Source: Balanoglossus misakiensis
Taxonomy: Eukaryota > Animalia > Hemichordata
Direction of reading: 5' to 3'
Length of the DNA: 64,000 nucleotides
Assembly: GCA_040954595.2 (NCBI GenBank)
Contig: CM082580.2
Location: 10,146,390-10,210,389 of the forward strand
Both the position numbers and the translations under genes were made by a program. This document shows positions 25,101-38,300 of the stretch, piece by piece. Under the pieces are notes generated by a model. That model made no database searches and was not told the origin of the DNA. It saw only the letters and a program-made list of their open reading frames with translations. Each line of letters begins with the position of its first letter. Positions within the stretch are counted from its first letter, which is position 1.

Positions 25101-28100
25101 GAATTTGAAGGGTATTACCTGAATGAAAAATACAATGTCGGTTTTGAAAGAGTTGATGTGAGTACATCTTTGTAATAAATCGTTACCACCAGATACCATG
25201 GACACTGGAGATCTTACCATCACAGATTGAGGACACGCGTAATTTTTGTGGCCACACATGGTTCCGTTATTCTGTGCCATTATTCTTTTACCGTGTACTT
25301 TGTTGTAATGTACACAGAGCGAAGATCCACCGGATTGGCACGGCTTTGCCACGTTCAGCGCCACGGGAGACTTCTCCGATCTGGAAGACGTTGTCAAGTT
25401 AACCGCAGCTGAGATATTGGAGCTTGGCCACCAGGCGGAGGATCTAATATTGCAGTGTACATTCGATCAAGTCCAGTGCAGCTACGAGTAAGTGTCATGC
25501 ATTTTATTAAAACAATCTCACAAACGTCACTGGTTGAATAGTTCCCTCGTGAGTTGAAAGTGTAACATTACTCAATAATCAAGATGGCGGACAACGCAAA
25601 CTATGCTGTCGTCGGACATTGCTCAATAAACAAGATGGCGGACGGCAAACTATGCTGTCGTCGAACCTTACATAACCGACCACTGAGATGATCATCTTCC
25701 AATCACCAGCTAATTTTGACTACTTGCCCGCAATTGTTTTATCACAGCGACTTTGTAGTCATTCAAGACGACAAGTACGGAAACTGTTTCACGTTCAACC
25801 ACTATGCCACCAACGACACATTGAGTTCCAGCGGGCCGGGCTCCACCCACGGTCTGAAGTTAACACTGTTCACAGAGCAGTCCGAATACGTCAGCATTTA
25901 CGGCCAGGACTCCGGTGTGCGTGTCTCGATCCACGAACAAGGGAAGACGTCGTTCCCTGAAGATGACGGCTTCACTGTCGCCCCGGGGAAAGCAACTGGT
26001 GTGGGATTAAAGCAGGTCAGGGTCTAAGAGTACAATTTTGACAAGTTTCGGTTCTTTTCTCCATTCCTCCTTCACTTTAATGGTTCTTTTGCTACTATAG
26101 CTGTGTGCATGTCAAAGGACTCTAGCCATGGCAACTCACGGTCACTGATGTTGAGCAACATCCCTCATTACTTCAACCAATCAGTAGTCGATCTGGTTAT
26201 GATTGACTTCTAAGATGTCATGATCATGACCGCAAGGTGTGTAGTGACCTGAGTTGCCATGGTTAGAGTCCTTTGACATGCAAATAGCAAAATTTAAAAA
26301 AAAATAGACCACAAGGCCAGACTGTGTGTGGAGCATAGCGACCAATCACACGTGTCTGGATACTAGACTACCGTCACTCTGTATGTATATCACACATTAA
26401 TTAAGTTTTCAACTTCTTTTTCAGACATTAATCTACCGCGAGGACCCACCGCATGGCTCATGTTCTAATACGACGTCATTCGAGTCTATTTATGGAGATG
26501 AATATTCGATCACAGTGAGTGTTTTTATGCCCGAATTTCCCCAATAAAATATAACCCGTCGTTTTGGTAGTACATATTGTTTAAAGGTAGAATAGTACCC
26601 CTCAAAAATCACAGTCTTAAAATCTTTCCCGTATTTTGCTCAAGGCAACTTTAGATCTTTTTCCCTTAAAATTGGAAATGTGGGGTCACAGTGCACTGAA
26701 AATTTTTGAATGAAAGGGAAGGGTAACATTGTGTGAAATGCATCTGTCTGTATTCTTCCAGGCGTGTAGAAAGCAGTGTCTGCAGAGTTATCTTGAGAGC
26801 GAGTGTGGTTGTGTGGATACTAGCGTAAGGACTGGCATTCCACGCTGTCAAATACTGAACAAGACCCAAGGTATGTGTAAGGAGCCGCCATGTGCAATGT
26901 ACATGTATAACTCTCTCTGATAGACTGAAATATTTTCAAACAAGTCGTACGTGGAAAAAAATCAAAAACAAAGAATTTGGACAAATATGCTATTGTACTT
27001 ACCGCTATACGGAATGTCGTAATCACCGTTATTCACCCAGAATGCCCGGTTAATCAGGAGGGACCCCTATTTTTGGCGGGGTAAGGGACGATTATGCATG
27101 CGAAAAAGTCGTTGGGCAGAGGTTTCTTCTCCAAATAATGACATTTATAGTGTCTCATCTTTTTTTATTTGCAGAGATCTGTCGCACACTCATGAAGGCT
27201 ATGATGCGAGAAAACCAGCTGGAATGCTTATGTGAACCGCCATGCAAGTACGTCATATTTATTTAAAGAGGGGTGTCGTCTGAACTGCGCATGTGCGACT
27301 TTTTTCTTTATCGAAAACACCATCGACATTGTTTTTGGCTTGCTTTGACTTGCTGGCACTATTCGCAACTAGTAGTGTGTTAAAATAGTGGCATTTTTAT
27401 ATTTTTCAGTGAGATAGCGTACACTAAAACGATATCACAATCTTTGTGGCCATCAGAAAAATACCTGGTAAGTTCTACCATAGAGAACGTTAAAAATGAA
27501 TACGATATTTAAATAAACTCATAAGAATTTGCAATAATGGCACCGTGATACTATTTACGATCATTCACGTCGGTTTTCGGCACGTAGTGGCGCTTTACGT
27601 GATATGACCACAAATTTGACGAATCCGTGACAAATATTACGTAACCGTCTTATCATGCCTTCGCTTTTTTTCGTCTCCAGTACCACCTCTTAAAGACTAT
27701 TCACTCTATCAATAGTAAAACAAAAGACATCAATGACTTTGAACAAGCTCAGTGAGTATAGATATGTTTCCATAGCCATCAAATGAACAATCCGATATTT
27801 ATTTGTCAATACGTGATATGCTATTGACCGGCAGCCCAGTTCTGAAAATCACATTTGGTTTATGCCGTGCGTTTGTGATAGTTATGTCTTTATTGTCTGT
27901 TATTTCCACGTCATACATTAGGCTAAATCTGGCCCGTCTGGAGGTTTATTTTGAAGAGATGACGTATGCTGTCATGAAAGAGGAGCCGAAATACGAGGTA
28001 AAGTGCAAACGAAGAAGTGCGTTTGACAGGGCCCTGTTGCTTTGATGGTCATGCAGTTGGCAGGTCAAAGTTACACCAGATTTGACGTGTCTGTTTGTGT

Positions 28101-28363
28101 TGATAGACAGCGGACCAAAATGAATGAAACAAGCAGAGCGGTCCTCCCTTATAAAACCGCCATGTCCTCGCCTAACGTCGAGTCACTTTCCCTTCTTGAC
28201 CCAACAGGGGGTGTACAATTTGCTGTCTGAGATCGGCGGCGTCATCGGTCTCTACGTGGGACTATCCTTCATCACCGTTGTGGAGTTCGTCGAGTTCTTC
28301 TTTTCTCTGATCAAGTACGGTTTTCGAAGAATAACGAAAGTTGACGCCACACCAAAACAATAA
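22128..28363 (+). CDS. DEG/ENaC (amiloride-sensitive channel family) subunit with six LDL-receptor class A repeats (~863 aa)
   Basis: Exons 22128-22689 (TM1, [10 protein letters not shown]); LDLa exons 22932-23048, 23178-23300, 23737-23853, 24059-24193, 24389-24592, 24702-24806; then 25000-25157, 25318-25487 ([13 protein letters not shown]), 25748-26015 ([14 protein letters not shown]), 26425-26514, 26762-26870, 27175-27247 (thumb Cys), 27410-27467 (SLWPS), 27681-27751, 27922-27997, 28208-28363 (TM2 [16 protein letters not shown]). 2592 nt in frame. An additional upstream coding exon is possible (acceptor at 22114). Confidence 0.9.
25571..25670. repeat. Two ~50-bp direct repeats in an ENaC intron
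   Basis: CTCAATAA.CAAGATGGCGGAC..GCAAACTATGCTGTCGTCG occurs twice; each copy has a YY1-like AAGATGGCGG. Confidence 0.75.
26106..26282. mobile_element. Intronic inverted-repeat element (MITE-like hairpin)
   Basis: TGCATGTCAAAGGACTCTAGCCATGGCAACTCACGGTCACT (26106-26146) pairs with AGTGACCTGAGTTGCCATGGTTAGAGTCCTTTGACATGCA (26243-26282). Confidence 0.75.
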
Positions 28364-28504
28364 ACGGGACCGGACCCCCACACGTACACGCAAATGTGCC
28401 ATGTAGATCTCGTGTCGTCATGCCTTTACCTGAGACGCATACGTGTGGCATATCGATTTATTGACATGTAGTTTCTGATTAGTAGTCATTTTTCAGGTGA
28501 CGGT

Positions 28505-28510
28505 AATAAA
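28505..28510 (+). terminator. Candidate polyadenylation signal of the ENaC gene
   Basis: AATAAA ~140 bp after the stop codon and ~45 bp before the satellite. Confidence 0.45.
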
Positions 28511-28550
28511 ACAAACATAACATAAGAAAAATGTCCTCGTATTCCTTTTG

Positions 28551-29341
28551 ATATGTTGACGATTTTCATGAGCTATAACCCATGATTTTTTCAAAAATCG
28601 ACGAAATTTCGAAATTCCGCAAAGTCGAAAAATTGTCATATTCTGACGATTTTCATGAGCTATAACCCATGATTTTTTCAAAAATCGACGAAATTTCGAA
28701 ATTCCGCAAAGTCGAAAAATTGTCATATTCTGACGATTTTCATGAGCTATAACCCATGATTTTTTCAAAAATCGACGAAATTTCGAAATTCCGCAAAGTC
28801 GAAAAATTGTCACTTTCTGACGATTTTCATGAGCTATAACCCATGATTTTTTTCAAAAATCGACGAAATTTCGAAATTCAGCAAAGTCGAAAAATTGTCA
28901 TTTTCTGACGATTTTCATGAGCTATAACCCATGATTTTTTTCAAAAATCGACGAAATTTCGAAATTCCGCAAAGTCGAAAAATTGTCATTTTCTGACGAT
29001 TTTCATGAGCTATAACCCATGATTTTTTAGAAAATCGACGAAATTTCGAATTTTCCCAAAGTCGAAAAATTGTCATTTTTTCATGATTTTCATGAGCTAT
29101 AACCCATGATTTTTATCAAAAATAGACGAAATTTCGAAATTCCGCAAAGTCGAAAAATTGTCATATTCTGACGATTTTTATGAGCTATAACCCATGATTT
29201 TTTCAAAAATCGACGAAATTTCGAAATTCCGCAAAGTCGAAAAATTGTCATTTTCTGACGATTTTCATGAGCTATAACCCATGATTTTTTCAAAAATAGA
29301 CGAAATTTCGAATTGTCCCAAAGTCGAAAAATGGTCATTTT
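28551..29341 (-). repeat. 87-bp satellite, reverse-oriented arm (~9 monomers)
   Basis: Reverse complement of the main array monomer; ends at the junction AATGGTCATTT|TTGATAAAAGTCATGGG. Confidence 0.95.
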
Positions 29342-32300
29342 TGATAAAAGTCATGGGTTATAGCTCATGAAAATCGTCAGAAAATGACAATTTTTCGACT
29401 TTGCGGAATTTCGAAATTTCGCCGATTTTTGAAAAAATCATGGGTTATAGCTCATGAAAATCGTCAGAAAATGACAATTTTTCGACTTTGCGGAATTTCG
29501 AAATTTCGTCGATTTTTGAAAAAATCATGGGTTATAGCTCATGAAAATCGTCAGAAAATGACAATTTTTCGACTTTGCAGAATTTCGAAATTTCGTCGAT
29601 TTTTGAAAAAATCATGGGTTATAGCTCATGAAAATCGTCAGAAAATGACAATTTTTCGACTTTGCGGAATTTCGAAATTTCGTCGATTTTTGAAAAAATC
29701 ATGGGTTATAGCTCATGAAAATCGTCAGAAAATGACAATTTTTCGACTTTGCGGAATTTCGAAATTTCGTCGATTTTTGAAAAAATCATGGGTTATAGCT
29801 CATGAAAATCGTCAGAAAATGACAATTTTTCGACTTTGCGGAATTTCAAAATTTCGTCGATTTTTGAAAAAATCATGGGTTATAGCTCATGAAAATCGTC
29901 AGAAAATGACAATTTTTCGACTTTGCGGAATTTCGAAATTTCGTCGATTTTTGAAAAAATCATGGGTTATAGCTCATGAAAATCGTCAGAAAATGACAAT
30001 TTTTCGACTTTGCGGAATTTCGAAATTTCGTCGATTTTTGAAAAAATCATGGGTTATAGCTCATGAAAATCGTCAGAAAATGACAATTTTTCGACTTTGC
30101 GGAATTTCGAAATTTCGTCGATTTTTGAAAAAAATCATGGGTTATAGCTCATGAAAATCGTCAGAAAATGACAATTTTTCGACTTTGCGGAATTTCGAAA
30201 TTTCCTCGATTTTTGAAAAAATCATGGGTTATAGCTCATGAAAATCGTCAGAAAATGACAATTTTTCGACTTTGCGGAATTTCGAAATTTCGTCGATTTT
30301 TGAAAAAATCATGGGTTATAGCTCATGAAAATCGTCAGAAAATGACAATTTTTCGACTTTGCGGAATTTCGAAATTTCGTCGATTTTTGAAAAAATCATG
30401 GGTTATAGCTCATGAAAATCGTCAGAAAATGACAATTTTTCGACTTTGCGGAATTTCGAAATTTCGTCGATTTTTGAAAAAATCATGGGTTATAGCTCAT
30501 GAAAATCGTCAGAAAATGACAATTTTTCGACTTTGCGGAATTTCGAAATTTCGTCGATTTTTGAAAAAATCATGGGTTATAGCTCATGAAAATCGTCAGA
30601 AAATGACAATTTTTCGACTTTGCGGAATTTCGAAATTTCGTCGATTTTTGAAAAAATCATGGGTTATAGCTCATGAAAATCGTCAGAAAATGACAATTTT
30701 TCGACTTTGCGGAATTTCGAAATTTCGTCGATTTTTGAAAAAATCATGGGTTATAGCTCATGAAAATCGTCAGAAAATGACAATTTTTCGACTTTGCGGA
30801 ATTTCGAAATTTCGTCGATTTTTGAAAAAATCATGGGTTATAGCTCATGAAAATCGTCAGAAAATAAAAATTTTTCGACTTTGCGGAATTTCGAAATTTC
30901 GTCGATTTTTGAAAAAATCATGGGTTATAGCTCATGAAAATCGTCAGAAAATGACAATTTTTCGACTTTGCGGAATTTCGAAATTTCGTCGATTTTTGAA
31001 AAAATCATGGGTTATAGCTCTTGAAAATCGTCAGAAAATGACAATTTTTCGACTTTGCGGAATTTCGAAATTTCGTCTATTTTTGAAAAAATCATGGGTT
31101 ATAGCTCATGAAAATCGTCAGAAAATGACAATTTTTCGACTTTGCGGAATTTCGAAATTTCGTCGATTTTTGAAAAAATCATGGGTTATAGCTCATGAAA
31201 ATCGTCAGAAAATGACAATTTTTCGACTTTGCGGAATTTCGAAATTTCGTCGATTTTTGAAAAAATCATGGGTTATAGCTCATGAAAATCGTCAGAAAAT
31301 AACAATTTTTCGACTTTGCGGAATTTCGAAATTTCGTCGATTTTTGAAAAAATCATGGGTTATAGCTCATGAAAATCGTCAGAAAATGACAATTTTTCGA
31401 CTTTGCGGAATTTCGAAATTTCGTCGATTTTTGAAAAAATCATGGGTTATAGCTCATGAAAATCGTCAGAAAATGACAATTTTTCGACTTTGCGGAATTT
31501 CGAAATTTCGTCGATTTTTGAAAAAATCATGGGTTATAGCTCTTGAAAATCGTCAGAAAATGACAATTTTTCGTCTTTGCGGAATTTCGAAATTTCGTCG
31601 ATTTTTGAAAAAATCATGGGTTATAGCTCATGAAAATCGTCAGAAAATGACAATTTTTCGACTTTGCGGAATTTCGAAATTTCGTCGATTTTTGAAAAAA
31701 TCATGGGTTATAGCTCATGAAAATCGTCAGAAAATGACAATTTTTCGACTTTGCGGAATTTCGAAATTTCGTCGATTTTTGAAAAAATCATGGGTTATAG
31801 CTCATGAAAATCGTCAGAAAATGACAATTTTTCGACTTTGCGGAATTTCGAAATTTCGTCGATTTTTGAAAAAATCATGGGTTATAGCTCATGAAAATCG
31901 TCAGAAAATGACAATTTTTCGACTTTGCGGAATTTCGAAATTTCGTCGATTTTTGAAAAAATCATGGGTTATAGCTCTTGAAAATCGTCAGAAAATGACA
32001 ATTTTTCGACTTTGCGGAATTTCGAAATTTCGTCGATTTTTGAAAAAATCATGGGTTATAGCTCATGAAAATCGTCAGAAAATGACAATTTTTCGACTTT
32101 GCAGAATTTCGAAATTTCGTCGATTTTTGAAAAAATCATGGGTTATAGCTCATGAAAATCGTCAGAAAATGACAATTTTTCGACTTTGCGGAATTTCGAA
32201 ATTTCGTCGATTTTTGAAAAAATCATGGGTTATAGCTCATGAAAATCGTCAGAAAATGACAATTTTTCGACTTTGCGGAATTTCGAAATTTCGTCGATTT

Positions 32301-35300
32301 TTGAAAAAATCATGGGTTATAGCTCATGAAAATCGTCAGAAAATGACAATTTTTCGACTTTGCGGAATTTCGAAATTTCGTCGATTTTTGAAAAAATCAT
32401 GGGTTATAGCTCATGAAAATCGTCAGAAAATGACAATTTTTCGACTTTGCGGAATTTCAAAATTTCGTCGATTTTTGAAAAAATCATGGGTTATAGCTCA
32501 TGAAAATCGTCAGAAAATGACAATTTTTCGACTTTGCGGAATTTCGAAATTTCGTCGATTTTTGAAAAAATCATGGGTTATAGCTCATGAAAATCGTCAG
32601 AAAATGACAATTTTTCGACTTTGCGGAATTTCGAAATTTCGTCGATTTTTGAAAAAATCATGGGTTATAGCTCATGAAAATCGTCAGAAAATGACAATTT
32701 TTCGACTTTGCGGAATTTCGAAATTTCGTCGATTTTTGAAAAAAATCATGGGTTATAGCTCATGAAAATCGTCAGAAAATGACAATTTTTCGACTTTGCG
32801 GAATTTCGAAATTTCCTCGATTTTTGAAAAAATCATGGGTTATAGCTCATGAAAATCGTCAGAAAATGACAATTTTTCGACTTTGCGGAATTTCGAAATT
32901 TCGTCGATTTTTGAAAAAATCATGGGTTATAGCTCATGAAAATCGTCAGAAAATGACAATTTTTCGACTTTGCGGAATTTCGAAATTTCGTCGATTTTTG
33001 AAAAAATCATGGGTTATAGCTCATGAAAATCGTCAGAAAATGACAATTTTTCGACTTTGCGGAATTTCGAAATTTCGTCGATTTTTGAAAAAATCATGGG
33101 TTATAGCTCATGAAAATCGTCAGAAAATGACAATTTTTCGACTTTGCGGAATTTCGAAATTTCGTCGATTTTTGAAAAAATCATGGGTTATAGCTCATGA
33201 AAATCGTCAGAAAATGACAATTTTTCGACTTTGCGGAATTTCGAAATTTCGTCGATTTTTGAAAAAATCATGGGTTATAGCTCATGAAAATCGTCAGAAA
33301 ATGACAATTTTTCGACTTTGCGGAATTTCGAAATTTCGTCGATTTTTGAAAAAATCATGGGTTATAGCTCATGAAAATCGTCAGAAAATGACAATTTTTC
33401 GACTTTGCGGAATTTCGAAATTTCGTCGATTTTTGAAAAAATCATGGGTTATAGCTCATGAAAATCGTCAGAAAATAAAAATTTTTCGACTTTGCGGAAT
33501 TTCGAAATTTCGTCGATTTTTGAAAAAATCATGGGTTATAGCTCATGAAAATCGTCAGAAAATGACAATTTTTCGACTTTGCGGAATTTCGAAATTTCGT
33601 CGATTTTTGAAAAAATCATGGGTTATAGCTCTTGAAAATCGTCAGAAAATGACAATTTTTCGACTTTGCGGAATTTCGAAATTTCGTCTATTTTTGAAAA
33701 AATCATGGGTTATAGCTCATGAAAATCGTCAGAAAATGACAATTTTTCGACTTTGCGGAATTTCGAAATTTCGTCGATTTTTGAAAAAATCATGGGTTAT
33801 AGCTCATGAAAATCGTCAGAAAATGACAATTTTTCGACTTTGCGGAATTTCGAAATTTCGTCGATTTTTGAAAAAATCATGGGTTATAGCTCATGAAAAT
33901 CGTCAGAAAATAACAATTTTTCGACTTTGCGGAATTTCGAAATTTCGTCGATTTTTGAAAAAATCATGGGTTATAGCTCATGAAAATCGTCAGAAAATGA
34001 CAATTTTTCGACTTTGCGGAATTTCGAAATTTCGTCGATTTTTGAAAAAATCATGGGTTATAGCTCATGAAAATCGTCAGAAAATGACAATTTTTCGACT
34101 TTGCGGAATTTCGAAATTTCGTCGATTTTTGAAAAAATCATGGGTTATAGCTCTTGAAAATCGTCAGAAAATGACAATTTTTCGTCTTTGCGGAATTTCG
34201 AAATTTCGTCGATTTTTGAAAAAATCATGGGTTATAGCTCATGAAAATCGTCAGAAAATGACAATTTTTCGACTTTGCGGAATTTCGAAATTTCGTCGAT
34301 TTTTGAAAAAATCATGGGTTATAGCTCATGAAAATCGTCAGAAAATGACAATTTTTCGACTTTGCGGAATTTCGAAATTTCGTCGATTTTTGAAAAAATC
34401 ATGGGTTATAGCTCATGAAAATCGTCAGAAAATGACAATTTTTCGACTTTGCGGAATTTCGAAATTTCGTCGATTTTTGAAAAAATCATGGGTTATAGCT
34501 CATGAAAATCGTCAGAAAATGACAATTTTTCGACTTTGCGGAATTTCGAAATTTCGTCGATTTTTGAAAAAATCATGGGTTATAGCTCTTGAAAATCGTC
34601 AGAAAATGACAATTTTTCGACTTTGCGGAATTTCGAAATTTCGTCGATTTTTGAAAAAATCATGGGTTATAGCTCATGAAAATCGTCAGAAAATGACAAT
34701 TTTTCGACTTTGCAGAATTTCGAAATTTCGTCGATTTTTGAAAAAATCATGGGTTATAGCTCATGAAAATCGTCAGAAAATGACAATTTTTCGACTTTGC
34801 GGAATTTCGAAATTTCGTCGATTTTTGAAAAAATCATGGGTTATAGCTCATGAAAATCGTCAGAAAATGACAATTTTTCGACTTTGCGGAATTTCGAAAT
34901 TTCGTCGATTTTTGAAAAAATCATGGGTTATAGCTCATGAAAATCGTCAGAAAATGACAATTTTTCGACTTTGCGGAATTTCGAAATTTCGTCGATTTTT
35001 GAAAAAATCATGGGTTATAGCTCATGAAAATCGTCAGAAAATGACAATTTTTCGACTTTGCGGAATTTCGAAATTTCGTCGATTTTTGAAAAAATCATGG
35101 GTTATAGCTCATGAAAATCGTCAGAAAATGACAATTTTTCGACTTTGCGGAATTTCGAAATTTCGTCGATTTTTGAAAAAATCATGGGTTATAGCTCATG
35201 AAAATCGTCAGAAAATGACAATTTTTCGACTTGGCGGAATTTCGAAATTTCGTCGATTTTTGAAAAAATCATGGGTTATAGCTCATGAAAATCGTCAGAA

Positions 35301-38300
35301 AATGACAATTTTTCGACTGTACGGAATTTCGAAATTTCGTCGATTTTTGAAAAAATCATGGGTTATAGCTCATGAAAATCGTCAGAAAATGACAATTTTT
35401 CGACTTGGCGGAATTTCGAAATTTCGTCGATTTTTGAAAAAATCATGGGTTATAGCTCATGAAAATCGTCAGAAAATGACAATTTTTCGACTTTGCGGAA
35501 TTTCGAAATTTCGTCGATTTTTGAAAAAATCATGGGTTATAGCTCATGAAAATCGTCAGAAAATGACAATTTTTCGACTTTGCGGAATTTCGAAATTTCG
35601 TCGATTTTTGAAAAAATCATGGGTTATAGCTCATGAAAATCGTCAGAAAATGACAATTTTTCGACTTGGCGGAATTTCGTCGATTTTTGAAAAAATCATG
35701 GGTTATAGCTCATGAAAATCGTCAGAAAATGACAATTTTTCGACTTTGCGGAATTTCGAAATTTTGTCGATTTTTGAAAAAATCATGGGTTATAGCTCAT
35801 GAAAATCGTCAGAAAATGACAATTTTTCGACTTGGCGGAATTTCGAAATTTCGTCGATTTTTGAAAAAATCATGGGTTATAGCTCATGAAAATCGTCAGA
35901 AAATGACAATTTTTCGACTTGGCGGAATTTCGAAATTTCGTCGATTTTTGAAAACATCATGGGTTATAGCTCATGAAAATCGTCAGAAAATGACAATTTT
36001 TCGACTTGGCGGAATTTCGAAATTTCGCCGATTTTTGAAAAAATCATGGGTTATAGCTCATGAAAATCGTCAGAATATGACAATTTTTCGACTTGGCGAA
36101 ATTTCGAAATTTCGTCGATTTTTGAAAAAATCATGGGTTATAGCTCATGAAAATCGTCAGAAAATGACAATTTTTCGACTTTGCGGAATTTCGAAATTTC
36201 GTCGATTTTTGAAAAAATCATGGGTTATAGCTCATGAAAATCGTCAGAAAATGACAATTTTTCGACTGTACGGAATTTCGAAATTTCGTCGATTTTTGAA
36301 AAAATCATGGGTTATAGCTCATGAAAATCGTCAGAAAATGACAATTTTTCGACTTTGCGGAATTTCGAAATTTCGTCGATTTTTGAAAAAATCATGGGTT
36401 ATAGCTCATGAAAATCGTCAGAAAATGACAATTTTTCGACTTTGCGGAATTTCGAAATTTCGTCGATTTTTGAAAAAAGCATGGGTTATAGCTCATGAAA
36501 ATCGTCAGAAAATGACAATTTTTCGACTTTGCGGAATTTCGAAATTTCGTCGATTTTTGAAAAAATCATGGGTTATAGCTCATGAAAATCGTCAGAAAAT
36601 GACAATTTTTCGACTTTGCGGAATTTCGAAATTTCGTCGATTTTTGAAAAAATCATGGGTTATAGCTCATGAAAATCGTCAGAAAATGACAATTTTTCGA
36701 CTTTGCGGAATTTCGAAATTTCGTCGATTTTTGAAAAAATCATGGGTTATAGCTCATGAAAATCGTCAGAAAATGACAATTTTTCGACTTTGCGGAATTT
36801 CGAAATTTCGTCGATTTTTGAAAAAATCATGGGTTATAGCTCATGAAAATCGTCAGAAAATGACAATTTTTCGACTTTGCGGAATTTCGAAATTTCGTCG
36901 ATTTTTGAAAAAATCATGGGTTATAGCTCATGAAAATCGTCAGAAAATGACAATTTTTCGACTTTGCGGAATTTCGAAATTTCGTCGATTTTTGAAAAAA
37001 TCATGGGTTATAGCTCATGAAAATCGTCAGAAAATGACAATTTTTCGACTTTGCGGAATTTCGAAATTTTGTCGATTTTTGAAAAAATCATGGGTTATAG
37101 CTCATGAAAATCGTCAGAAAATGACAATTTTTCGACTTGGCGGAATTTCGAAATTTCGTCGATTTTTGAAAAAATCATGGGTCATAGCTCATGAAAATCG
37201 TCAGAAAATGACAATTTTTCGACTTGGCGGAATTTCGAAATTTCGTCGATTTTTGAAAACATCATGGGTTATAGCTCATGAAAATCGTCAGAAAATGACA
37301 ATTTTTCGACTTGGCGGAATTTCGAAATTTCGTCGATTTTTGAAAAAATCATGGGTTATAGCTCATGAAAATCGTCAGAATATGACAATTTTTCGACTTG
37401 GCGAAATTTCGAAATTTCGTCGATTTTTGAAAAAATCATGGGTTATAGCTCATGAAAATCGTCAGAAAATGACAATTTTTCGACTTTGCGGAATTTCGAA
37501 ATTTCGTCGATTTTTGAAAAAATCATGGGTTATAGCTCATGAAAATCGTCAGAAAATGACAATTTTTCGACTGTACGGAATTTCGAAATTTCGTCGATTT
37601 TTGAAAAAATCATGGGTTATAGCTCATGAAAATCGTCAGAAAATGACAATTTTTCGACTTTGCGGAATTTCGAAATTTCGTCGATTTTTGAAAAAATCAT
37701 GGGTTATAGCTCATGAAAATCGTCAGAAAATGACAATTTTTCGACTTTGCGGAATTTCGAAATTTCGTCGATTTTTGAAAAAAGCATGGGTTATAGCTCA
37801 TGAAAATCGTCAGAAAATGACAATTTTTCGACTTTGCGGAATTTCGAAATTTCGTCGATTTTTGAAAAAAGCATGGGTTATAGCTCATGAAAATCGTCAG
37901 AAAATGACAATTTTTCGACTTTGCGGAATTTCGAAATTTCGTCGATTTTTGAAAAAATCATGGGTTATAGCTCATGAAAATCGTCAGAATATGACAATTT
38001 TTCGACTTTGCGGAATTTCGAAATTTCGTCGATTTTTGAAAAAATCATGGGTTATAGCTCATGAAAATCGTCAGAAAATGACAATTTTTTGACTTTGCGG
38101 AATTTGGAAATTTCGTCGATTTTTGAAAAAATCATGGGTTATAGCTCATGAAAATCGTCAGAATATGACAATTTTTCGACTTTGCGGAATGTCGAAATTT
38201 CGGCGATTTTTGAAAAAATCATGGGTTATAGCTCATGAAAATCGTCAGAAAATGACAATTTTTCGACTTTGCGGAATTTCGAAATTTCGTCGATTTTTGA

